A model generated the notes under the pieces. That model did no database searches. It was not told the DNA's origin and saw only the letters and a list, made by a program, of their open reading frames with translations. From Amoebidium appalachense (Eukaryota; Protista; Ichthyosporea): 64,000 bases of DNA. Location of the stretch: positions 3,846,231 to 3,910,230 of the forward strand of contig CAVNZM010000009.1 of assembly GCA_963693365.1 (NCBI GenBank), read 5' to 3'. The position numbers were made by a program, and so were the translations under genes. Positions 52,767 through 64,000 of this stretch are shown here, in pieces (the first letter of the stretch is position 1; every line of letters begins with the position of its first letter).

Positions 52767-54931
52767 CTTTGCGAGATCTTGGATTTAAGAGAGTTCAAGA
52801 AGATCGTGTGGAAAAAACGACAGTTGGTAGATAAAGCTCGGCCGATAGATGTTGACAGCTTTAGGTTGATTGTTTCAGTAGCGGTCAGATCTGTTGCGGT
52901 TAGAAGTTGGGAAAGCTTCCTGACAGGTAATAACTGAGTCTCAAGTGTAGGACGTGTGTGTGTGTGTGTATTATATACACCTACTTAATGTGGGCTAGAA
53001 TGCATGCATGCTAGAAAAGCAACTATTATCTGTTGTAGTTATAGCTACACGTAGCTATTGTGCCTCACTGTCAAGCTAGTGGTGGTTTCTCAAACACCTC
53101 CCGTGACTATATTAGAAGGATGTTGCAGATCTGGAACAATACATGCGAATCTAATAAGAAGGCCACGCTGAGGAAATCTTATATATATAAATTGAGATGA
53201 AGATTCGTTGCCGCCCTTAGCGGTCCTTGACGTGAACTAGAGGTGGAATGTGCTCTGTTTCAGTAAACAGAATAGTTGTTGAGAGTGAAAATTTTCCAAG
53301 GATGAGGCATGAAACAACATGACATGGCCTAGCAAGACATGGCCATGCTAATCCCACACCTCTCCTAGGCTAACTGGGGGGTGTTTAGGGGGAAGAAAAC
53401 ACCCTGCTCACTTTGGATAAATGGAAAGTTCCTATGTGCAATCATACAACACTCCATGCACGGATAATGCAGCTCCTATGTTTAGGTTTGTGCATGCAAC
53501 GGTGTGCAACTGAATGAACAAAATGACAGGCGACCGTTATTTGTGTTATCACTTTATCAGCTGCACCTTTCGAGATTTTGGTATGGGCGGGGCATTCCGG
53601 GAAGAGCTTTGCTTTTCCACATTTACATAAACGCCGGTTTGGTTTTGCGAACACAAATTGAATATTTTATGTTCTTCAAATAGTGAAAATGCAAGGTGGT
53701 TGGCCTATACACTTCGTCTTCGGTATTTGTTCTCATAATAAATCAAGTATTGATATCGCATGTGCTTTATGCAACCTGGTTTCAGGAGCAGTACGATTTC
53801 CTTTCGCTCTCCATATTCCGGTTGATTTTATCGGGATACAATCGAAAATGTGTAATTATAGTTTACCCCACCGACCATCTTCTTTGGACTATTGTGATTG
53901 GTTCAGCGATTATTGTTTTGGTCATAGATCCATGATTTTGATTGGCGAAAACTGACGTGTTCTAATCAAGCGAGGTTTATTTTGGACCAAAGTCTTGGTC
54001 TCCATAAACTTTCCCGTTAGCATGCTGCATGACATGTACTGTACATACAGCCTGTGATGAGGGGTTTTGTAAATGTTCAGGCTTGAAGCCCTTCATACAT
54101 CACTGATTATACTAGCTAAAAAATCTTTTTTTCTCTATTATTATCCCTAATTTAAATAGATATATCCTGCATTCTTTTTTATCGCAATTTACCGCATAAA
54201 AAAAGCGATTGCGTTACGCGTACGTATACGGGTACCTCATGTCGACTACTGGATGTCGACTATGATCACGTACGCCGTAGTAGCCTCTGAGCGGCAGGTT
54301 GTGGTCATCTGGCCCTATGCTTGCTAACAAACATTGTCTGTAAACAAAGTAAAGAATCACCAAGCATGCATTACTTCCTAAAAGCATATCTCATATTATT
54401 TTACCAGGACTGACTACAATGACTACCCTAGAAAAAACAAGTGAAGCACTGTTACAAGCACACACATGCATATGCATGCACGAGCTTGTAGGCTAAGGCT
54501 TGCATAAATTGATCTGGGGGGACATGCTCACTCACCATCACGTCACAAAGTTTCGTGAAACGGCGCATGCTCCGTCATGCCCAATATGGGAGGTGGCACT
54601 GTATGTGTGTACATGTGCGCGTTAAGACTATAGATAGAAATTTCTATGTACCTATGATGTTAGGCTATGTTTTTCATCGTCTAGTTCATGCATGTGCGTA
54701 ATCATTTGGGTGTGTGTTCCCCCTGCAGCAATGTGTTGTGTTTACGGTTCGAGTTCAGCCTTGCCACAACTTTGTTTCAAAGATGACCGTTCTACTTGGC
54801 TTCCACTTTTTCCACCCGCTGATGCGATGCCTGCCTCTTCCCCCCCCCCCCCCCCCCCCCCCCCTCCCCACACACACACACGCACACATACACACACACG
54901 TACACGCACACACACGCGCACACACATACCT

Positions 54932-55024
<93 letters not shown>

Positions 55025-55611
55025 GCACACACTCCCTCACCCTGCTCCTCGTTCTCCTCGCCCTTCTACGCTTAAATCTCTTTCTTCGGTGTTTGATACT
55101 CCTTTTCTCCTGAGATCTCACGTGTGTTGTCGAGTCGTCTCCTTGAGGACCTTTTTCATGTCACTTGGCACGCCACCACACTCGATAAATCCATGCAAAC
55201 AACAACTTTTGATTATCTGGCATGCAATGAGGAGTACCTATGTACCTCAATAAACACAACTTTGCATAAATAACTGACGGTCTTACACAAGATATGGGGC
55301 GTCGTGCTCGTGAGGACGTGTCAGAGTCTTTCCGCATGCATCTCCATGATACTGCTTCCAGCTCTTTTTCCCGCTCTCTTTCTTACCCTCACTTTCTGCT
55401 TCTCTCTGACCCATCCCTCCTCCCCCCCCCCCCTCCCCCCCTCTCCCCCCCCCCCCCCCCCCCCCCCCACACACACACACTCTCTCTCTCATCTTACTTC
55501 TCTCTCTAGTCTCTCTCTCTCCCTCCCTCCCGCCCTCCCTCTCTCTCTCTCTTCCCCCCCCCCCCCCCCCCCCCCCTTTATCTCTCTCTCTCTCCCCCTC
55601 GCCCTCCCTCC

Positions 55612-55649
<38 letters not shown>

Positions 55650-55821
55650 CTCCCTCCCTCTCTCTCTCTCTCTCCCCCCCCCCCCCCCCTTTATCTCTCT
55701 CTCTCTCCCCTCGCCCTCCCTCCCTCTCCCTCTCTCTCTCTCTCTTTCTCTCTCTCTCTGGCTCTCTCCCTCTCTCTTTATCTCTCTCTTAGGCTCTCTC
55801 TCTCTCTCGCTCGCTCTCTCT

Positions 55822-55862
<41 letters not shown>

Positions 55863-55883
55863 CCCCCCCCCCCCCCCCCCCCC

Positions 55884-56006
<123 letters not shown>

Positions 56007-56059
56007 AACTAACTCCCCCAAAGGTCTTGACTTTATACAAAACCCTACCACGGACGGCA

Positions 56060-56193
56060 GCCTACGTCCTAAATCAACACGGAATAACTTTTGAAATATC
56101 ATTAAATATGGGCAATGCCCGCGCACACATTCACGCGCGCGCGCCTACGTCCTCAATCGATATGGAATAACTTTAGAGATATCATTTAATATG
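56060..56193. repeat. Two imperfect direct repeats of about 51 bp
   Basis: GCCTACGTCCTAAATCAACACGGAATAACTTTTGAAATATCATTAAATATG (56060) and GCCTACGTCCTCAATCGATATGGAATAACTTTAGAGATATCATTTAATATG (56143), separated by 32 bp. Confidence 0.8.
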
Positions 56194-56315
56194 TAAGCAA
56201 ACGTGTACACACACGCGCACACACATACGTACACGCACACACACACACACAAATTATATGCATGACACCTAGGCACGCACAAACACACACACACACACAC
56301 ACATCATGACACACA

Positions 56316-56386
<71 letters not shown>

Positions 56387-57528
56387 TTCTGATTATCATA
56401 CGGGTTGTAACGGCATACTATCAAATCCATCCAGGTTGCATATTATCCTCTGGGTCCCGACTCCCTCCCCCCCCCCATTCATCCACCCCCACCCTCACCA
56501 CCCGTCCACTCCCTTCTCCTCCCCCCAGTAGATTCCAGGTCCGACGCGCTTTTCATCAATGCTTTCCTTCCTTGCTGGATTTAACAGTTTAACTGTTTTC
56601 ACGTTACTTCGTACCTCTCCAATAGCCAATCTTCTCCCCGCATTTCAAGGTTCTTACTAGTCCTCTCTCAGTCTCTCTTCACATTGTATGTACTTGGAGC
56701 CCTTCTTCAGTCTCGAACCCTTCCCTTATCCCCCCTCCCCCCCCTCCCCCTCCCCCCCCCCCCCCCCCCCCTCCCCCCCTCCCAGCTGAGCCCCTCCCCC
56801 GCCTCCTCCACCCCCTCCCCGCCCCCCCCCCCCCCCCCCCCCCCTCCCCGCACACACACACACACATACGTGTACACACACCGGAAGACCTCTCACCTGC
56901 ATCATGCCCCACTGTCGCACCTTCCCCTCCGCTTTCCGCCAAGCCACCCCCCTATTCCCTTTTCCCGTAAATTTTTTTCAAGCCCGTCAGGATTTTCGTC
57001 AGCCCCCTGCCTACATCCCTACCACACAATGCAGTGATCAAAAAGTGTAAACCAACCCCGCAAAGTGGTTCTGTATTCTGCAAGGAGCACCTGGTCATTC
57101 ATTTGAATATGCAATAGTAGTAGGGGCTATGCCGGATGGTGTCCACAGCTCCCACTGCATTACTACCCCCCCCCACCCCCCTCCCCCCACCCCCACCCCC
57201 TCCCCGGCTTCTCCAACCTACATTATATGATGACAAAATTAATCTTACCCACCTCCCACCTCCCCCCCTCCCCCCCCTCCCCCCCCCCCCCCCTCTTCCC
57301 CCCTCCCCCCTCCCTCCCTATTGGCCCTCTGGGGTATCCATCTACCGTTCTGCCTACCCTCGATCTAAGCCGCTTCTAAAAAAACGCCGCCTTTCTTATT
57401 CCAGTATTTGAAACTCTTGTGGCTGAGCCCTTTATTCACGGCTATGAATTAGTGTTTCCCTTCGTCACGTTTTTGATATTGATTCCGAGCTCTTTAAAAT
57501 TCTACCCTTTTTTTTTTCTCATCAATTA

Positions 57529-57560
<32 letters not shown>

Positions 57561-58888
57561 GTTTTTATCATGATTTCAGCTGCAGTTTATTTGTCACTGT
57601 TTTGTTTCTTTCTTTCTTTCTTTCTTTTCTTTCTTTCTTTCTTTCTTTCTTTTCTTTTTTTTTGGGCGGGGGGGGGGGGGGGGGGGGGGGGGGGGAGGGC
57701 GGAGAGAGACCGGCGAGGGGTACGAGATAAGATATGAGAGTTCGATGGGCCCCGGGAGGATTTGGGGAGGGGGGGGGGGGGGGGAGAACATTAAGTCTGC
57801 AGCATATGCATGGTCGACGTAGCGCGGCACATGTCTATTTTTCAATGGTCAGTGCCCATGTGCACGTGCATGGCAAGCCAAATTGTAATAGTCGGTGTGC
57901 AACACCTGCAGTGCTCCTGCACAGATCATCACACCCGGGTCATACGGATGTGCCTGCATGACATTGTACACGTGTATATCGTGTCAGCATGCACATGATG
58001 TATGTCTTTAGGCTCCACACAAAACATTGTAAGTGTCTGCGGCACGCGTGTGCACACGCAACTTGATTTTTATTTTCATGCATCCGATTTGGGATTGCAC
58101 ACACACACGAGTGTAGTACCGTGTGTCCGGCCGCCCGCATAAGCATGTACATGCCCTCGTGCACACACTACGGTACGCACAAACGAGTGTCCACCACACG
58201 CATGCAAAATGCATGTATGTGCCTGCGCGCGTACGCACGCACACACACACCCCGCATGCACACACAAGACATTGCAACATGCATGTCCGGGCATACGTGT
58301 CCGTACGCATGCGCACGCAGTGGCAGGCGGCATACACCCATGGATGTACCCATGGTATTCTAAGGTATGCACACACGTATATATGTATCCGTACGTGTTC
58401 ACACACGTGCACACATGTCTATCATGGCGCAACTTCCCAAGCACAAACATGTACTACAATGTCATGGCGAAGCGCATGCATGTGTATTTGTACCCACTGC
58501 CTGTCCAGATCTAAAAAGGTATTATTAGGTATCCAGTGTAAGAGCAGCAGCTTCGTCACATTGTGCACGTGTACCACCCACATCATGCACCCCAGTGCTG
58601 ATACGGTTGCAAACGGTGTTTACACGTGGTGGATTTGTACACTGAGCACACCGACACAAACGCTTTGCGGCGCATGTGTCAGGACACCTACCTGGCCATC
58701 ACGGGTTCAGTTTATACCTATGGAAGGTTGTGCACGTGGCGCGCTAAAAACAAGGTCTTTATAAGACTACTAGTACTAAGAAAGTAGGAATAATAATAAT
58801 AATAAAAAGTAGGAATATGCATCTGCAGGCACACAGCATACACACCCCGACACGTGCACCGTGATATCGATGGCATGCACGCGCGCAT

Positions 58889-58926
<38 letters not shown>

Positions 58927-58934
58927 TTCCCCCC

Positions 58935-58983
<49 letters not shown>

Positions 58984-59014
58984 CAGTTCCTTTAACGCGT
59001 GCATGCCCACATCC

Positions 59015-59053
<39 letters not shown>

Positions 59054-60106
59054 CAAAAAAAAAAAAAAAAAAAAAAAAAGAACACACACATACACACACA
59101 TATACACACACAACATCAGCCTGACAGTAACCTCAACGACTCGTCCGAACGCTTGATGGCATGCCAAAAAAGGGCTCAGAAATCCATACATGGCCAGCAC
59201 CAATTCATTGCTGCATCGATGGCAGGTTCAGTGGCGCTCAGCACTAGTGTTAAACTTCAATTGTTTTAAATACCGACTTAAATTTCAAGTCAGCTGGCAG
59301 GCAGCAGTCGTAAAGAAATTTCATGATCACGCCAGCATCGTGCTAGGGACGGTGTTCTGTATTCAAAAGCGGGTACCCACCATCGGGTATCACGTGGTTA
59401 TAAACCAATCAAAACGCTTCAAAACAGGCTGCGGTACCCTGCATAGATCATTCTTGTGGATAAGGCATTTCTCAGTATGAAAGTTCAGAACTCACAATAA
59501 AGCATTGAATTTATGTAATATGTACGTACGTGGCTACAGAAAAGATTCAAAAAGAAAAAAAAAATGAGGGAAAAGGACCACAAGTATTCTAATCCAATCT
59601 ACAGCATTTACTCGTAGAAATACATGCATGCAAGGTCTAAACTCATTTAACAGACGTAGTCATAATCGTTATCTTTGCAAACTACTTGGTAATTTACATT
59701 AATTGATATAAACAATTTTCCCTCAGTGGTAAAAACTAACTTCGAAACCATCAGGACCTGAAGAAAGCACCTTCGGCCAGGGCAAAAAAAAAAGGAAGGG
59801 CCCCAGACGTTGGAAACTGTGTTTGTGTGGACGTGTGTGCGTGGATTTGTCTACGTTTTTGACCAAATTTACTACACATACAACAGCGAACAACGTAGCC
59901 ACTCACTCTTTTTACTCTACTTACTCTCATATTCATAAGATTACCAAGCGAATCAATGTGCCCGGGCTTAACATAGTTCATTCTGTTGGCAAATGTGCAC
60001 CATCTCTTTACAACCCACCCCATCCCACAAACCTTCACATGTGCAAAGAAAAAAAAAAAAAATTAAAAAAAATTTTAAAGAAACGAAAAACACCGGAATT
60101 TGCTTA

Positions 60107-62014
60107 TCAAATAGTCAAAAGTTCTTCGAGCTCCAATAGCTGCAAGTCTACAGTCGCACCCTCCCCTCCATTACTACTGCTGTTCAAGTTTTTCACCCAA
60201 TCCTCCACCCCTCCATCCAAACCCATAATAGCGCCCAACACATCATCCACACTGCTCGCCGCGCTAATTCTTCCATCACCGAACCTGACCCGACCTGATC
60301 CTTGACCGTGATTCGGGTTGGGAGTCGGCATGTGCACCGACATTGGCGTGTTGGCCTCCGCGTACGTGTGCCGTGGCTTCCTGTCGACTGATGGCAATAC
60401 CGGGAATGACTGACTAGAAGTCGAGAAATCGTCTTGAGGCGTGGGGGCCATGTACGCATTCAATGGGTCGAGGGAGGAAAGAGAGAGGCTTGCGTCCACG
60501 GACCGATCCGTTAGATAGTCCGATGACATGTGGTGTGTCTGTTGTGCGTATGACTGGTCGTTAAACAACATTTGGTGCGTGTCGTTTTGCATCGGGTGAT
60601 GCTGTTGTCCTTGCTGCCGTTCAGCTACTGTATTCTTGTTGGGCCGAAGAAGCCGCGCAATGCTCTCCAGCGTTTCTCCGAGCGAATTTTGGCCCTCTGT
60701 GGGTAATTTCGCAGTTGACGTCGTGGTATTTAGGCTGTTCGTAAACGCGTTGAGCTCATCAAATGAAAAACCATTCGAGAGGTTGGATTTTCTGTTTGCA
60801 AGTCCGCTCGACGTCGTGTTCTTGAGTGTCGACCCGTCGTAATTTGTTGCCGAACGAACCGCCGGTACCTGCGCGTTAATTATTCCGCCAAGACTGGTTG
60901 CGAGGGACTGCGATCTTTGCGCGACTGACTGACGATGCGGCCGTACAATCATGTTGTCATTGCACGGGAGGGTGGGTTGCTGTTGCAAAGTCAGCTTCAG
61001 CGCGGTGTCTGACATGGGCATGTTCAAGGCACCGTTGGGCGAATCGAGCAGTGTGAAATCCTCAAGTGCTGGCCCGAGACTCGCCAATGAGTTCGTGCGT
61101 GACGCTGTGTTCCCCTCGAAACCTGTCACCGTTGCCAACGAAGCAGCACGTGAAAGCGTCCCGTGTGAATCGATGCTTGCCAGAGTAGCCAGACTGGCTG
61201 ACCGTGATGCACGGTCGTGGATCAAATCCCATGATGGGAGCGTGGCAAGTGATGCCGACCTGCCCGCCTTCAAATGATTAGGCGGGTTGGAATCATACGC
61301 TGTCTTTAACATCGACGGCGTGCGTGTTGCTTGCGTGTGCGCACCGTGGGGACCAGGTGGTAGGTTGAACGAAACAGACCTATGTGCCTGTGAGTGGGGC
61401 CCCCCTGCCGGCCCTGCGAACGAGCTGGAACGTAACGCAGGGCTGTGTTGCACAGGCGGCCTGGATGCGTCAAGCACGCCAGAGCTGGTCCTTCGCGCAG
61501 TTTTCGACGCGTGCATGATAGAGAGTATAGAAGGGGAAAGTGACCCCGGAGGTGGGTTTGGTGGGCTGTTATATGACAAAACACTGCTCGCAGACCCGGT
61601 ACGTAATGCCTGGTCATGGGAGGTTGGCCCAGCTGGCGCCGCGGCCGATGGTTGTGGGAATGTATCGAAGCTTGCACTTGATAGTTTTGCAGCTTGAATA
61701 AGTGGCTGTGCGGTGCGTGGGAGAATGGCGCTTACCGGATGTGGGGCGTCGGTTTCGGATGAGCGCCTGCGTCTTGGTCTACCGACCTTACGTGGTTCTT
61801 GGTTTGCGCATAAATCTGCATGTTTTACACGGCGATGGTGTTTTAGAGCGTGTACGCTCGCGTATGGTCGGTTGCAACCAGGGTAATTGCAAAAGAATTC
61901 ACGCCTAAGCTCTTTAAATGTTCGCCTGTGTCTCCGTGATTTTAGGTCGTCATTCATAGTGTTATTTTCGTTCAGGTCATCATCAGGAGATGAGGCAGGG
62001 CTAGGAGGGTCCAT
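60107..62014 (-). CDS. Single C2H2 zinc-finger putative transcription factor with AT-hook-like motif, 635 aa, intronless CDS
   Basis: Long non-repetitive ORF. RHRRTFKELRREFFCNYPGCNRPYASVHALKHHRRVKH (C-x4-C-x12-H-x4-H), then RKVGRPRRRR, a Ser/Pro-rich disordered body and an acidic-hydrophobic C-terminus. Confidence 0.88.
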   Translation of the reverse strand: MDPPSPASSPDDDLNENNTMNDDLKSRRHRRTFKELRREFFCNYPGCNRPYASVHALKHHRRVKHADLCANQEPRKVGRPRRRRSSETDAPHPVSAILPRTAQPLIQAAKLSSASFDTFPQPSAAAPAGPTSHDQALRTGSASSVLSYNSPPNPPPGSLSPSILSIMHASKTARRTSSGVLDASRPPVQHSPALRSSSFAGPAGGPHSQAHRSVSFNLPPGPHGAHTQATRTPSMLKTAYDSNPPNHLKAGRSASLATLPSWDLIHDRASRSASLATLASIDSHGTLSRAASLATVTGFEGNTASRTNSLASLGPALEDFTLLDSPNGALNMPMSDTALKLTLQQQPTLPCNDNMIVRPHRQSVAQRSQSLATSLGGIINAQVPAVRSATNYDGSTLKNTTSSGLANRKSNLSNGFSFDELNAFTNSLNTTTSTAKLPTEGQNSLGETLESIARLLRPNKNTVAERQQGQQHHPMQNDTHQMLFNDQSYAQQTHHMSSDYLTDRSVDASLSLSSLDPLNAYMAPTPQDDFSTSSQSFPVLPSVDRKPRHTYAEANTPMSVHMPTPNPNHGQGSGRVRFGDGRISAASSVDDVLGAIMGLDGGVEDWVKNLNSSSNGGEGATVDLQLLELEELLTI

Positions 62015-64000
62015 CCTGAAGGTGTATGGAAGGGTGCACCCGTAAAATTACTAAAAATGTTTTGCTATAAAATCAAGAAAAAAACACAACAACTCGTGAG
62101 CGAAAAACAGACGTGTGTAAAGAGGGTTGCAGCTGCAACTATTAATAGTATGAGTTAGGGTACGTGTTGAAACTGTGTGGGTCCTTCTCGCATGCATACG
62201 CGTGCTACTCTCTAATGTCTAGGGTAACTTTTAAAAAACAGACCGTTTAGTATGTGTAAAAAACTACAGCCTATTTTGCTTATCCGAACAAACTTGGTGG
62301 GGAGGTGCCGGGAGGAGCCGAAGTTGGAGCCGCAGCCAGGCGTGACAAACGGGGACTCCGGAGTTGGTCAGCCAGGAACAGCATTCACGAACAGATCTCT
62401 ATCATGTGGGGGTCTATTACACAGGCAGACAGAATTCGACAGAGAGCACTTAGAAGGCGAGCAGAAAAATAAAACTACTGTAAATGAATTGATTAAAGTA
62501 GATACAATGAATAAAGATATATAAAATACGATGATAAATGGACAGGCTCGGATATTCTCGTTTCAAAGCGCCGTCCTGAAATAACAAAGTATGCATTTTG
62601 AGCTCCAAACCCCATGAACATTCACATAGCAGGAGTCTACTTCAATAACTAATCGTTGCTGCGCGAAAGGCTGCCATAACGGAGTATATGACAATCATCC
62701 AATCGCATGACGGGTTTGAGAGCACCCATTGTGAAGGTGTGCATTGTTTCGATTGGACAGCAATGCCGCAGGAGCGCGGCAGAGCGAAGCAATTGGTGTC
62801 TATGAACGATCTGATTGGCGCTGCTGCACACACCAGTCAACACACACCTTCGAACTCCCGGATATATTTGCGCATATATAGCACGGACTTAATGATTTGC
62901 ATCAGATGACGAGAAAAGTATGTCCATTTCTCGATCAAGGGGGCCTACTTCACCTCATTCTAGTTAAAATATATCATTTTGTGTATGAATATAGAACATC
63001 CGAAGCGTCTCTCCATACATATCTCGGGGCATTGCGTGATTGATCACCATCCGGCATGGCATGTACTGTGTCATGTACATACGCATCATGCGCATGGCCA
63101 ATATTGCAAATGCAAGTCTCCACATGGCACTGTGTCGAAGTACGTATGATACAGTGTAAAGCGTTTTGCCTCGTCACTGATAAGTAACTCAGTGCTAAGC
63201 AAACCTGTTAACTTCTTCAACTTGGCATATTGGCCTCGAGTAATATTTTGATCCTCCCGTCGAGTCCTCCGAGTTGTGTTAAGGCGTCACGTGGCTGCGT
63301 GATTATTTCTGATCATGATTCACATGCATATGGTTCGAAAGGAACGAGAACAGATAGAAAGAAGATATGTGTTAACGTTATTTCATGACCATGCAGCTGC
63401 AGCAGCATGAGTGACTGGAGCAAGATCTACATTATAGATACTGCTATTAGCCTGTGGAGTAAAACATTTCTTGGTCGCACAACAGGAACAGAATAAAATT
63501 TGTGGACAAATCTTCTTTTTGGATTCAAGTTACCCTACAGACGTACCTAAATGAGTAATAGCTGGTAGAATGCATCACGGTCTGACGGTGTCGGCAAACC
63601 CTGTACAGGTGAGTCACTGAGGCCAGATTATTGGAAAGGTATGCATGCCACCATATAACAGTTAGATCTTCAACCCGGATCTTGCGCAATTGCGGCACAT
63701 GTCGCTTTTCGTTGCCTGCTTCCAATTGGCGAAACTCTAGATTTCGTATCAAAACATTTCTGTGCATTTTTGGCCGTTGTATGGCACAAAGGAACAGCGA
63801 TAGCAGAGTTATAATATCATTTAAAATATTTACCAGAAAAACCATCAAACACTCATACGTAACTATAGCTACCAATAGCTTATTTGACTCATCGAGGTTG
63901 TTTCTGAGGATGTGAGTTATGACTCACTCATGGCATGATGCTGGATTGCTGGCGTCGTGTGAACTTAAACGAACTACGTAACTCCTCATTCTAATTTGAT

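Noticed and set aside
56060-56193. Repeat-spacer-repeat arrangement resembling CRISPR
   Set aside because: Only two imperfect 51-bp units, a low-complexity spacer, eukaryotic context and no cas genes.

Overview
Eukaryotic genomic DNA. Introns and intergenic DNA are saturated with poly(C)/poly(G), (CA)n/(GT)n and (CT)n/(GA)n tracts, so nearly all entries in the ORF track are microsatellite artefacts. Manual splicing with phase checks gives eight credible genes. These are the 3' end of a GH3 glycosidase (+), a 10-exon protein with two HMG boxes and a C-terminal WWE-like domain (+), a head-to-head inverted pair of BTB-BACK-MATH-like paralogues sharing a GC-AG first intron, a 3-exon DUF501 gene of bacterial type (-), an 11-exon ZFYVE19/ANCHR-like gene (+), a 4-exon CDP-alcohol phosphotransferase resembling insect CPES (-), and an intronless C2H2 zinc-finger gene (-). 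The gene set suggests a unicellular holozoan, possibly an ichthyosporean; this is inference only. Introns also hold several non-autonomous DNA transposons (TTAA/Kolobok-like, TAA/Tourist-like, and a TG..CA element). The most novel-looking signals are (i) a 7-copy dispersed element with a fixed 3' end running into poly(C) and variable 5' truncation, which looks like a poly(C)-targeting retroposon, (ii) the HMG-HMG-WWE fusion, and (iii) two abutting near-perfect palindromes at about 5.0-5.2 kb. All family calls come from motif recognition by eye, with no database search.
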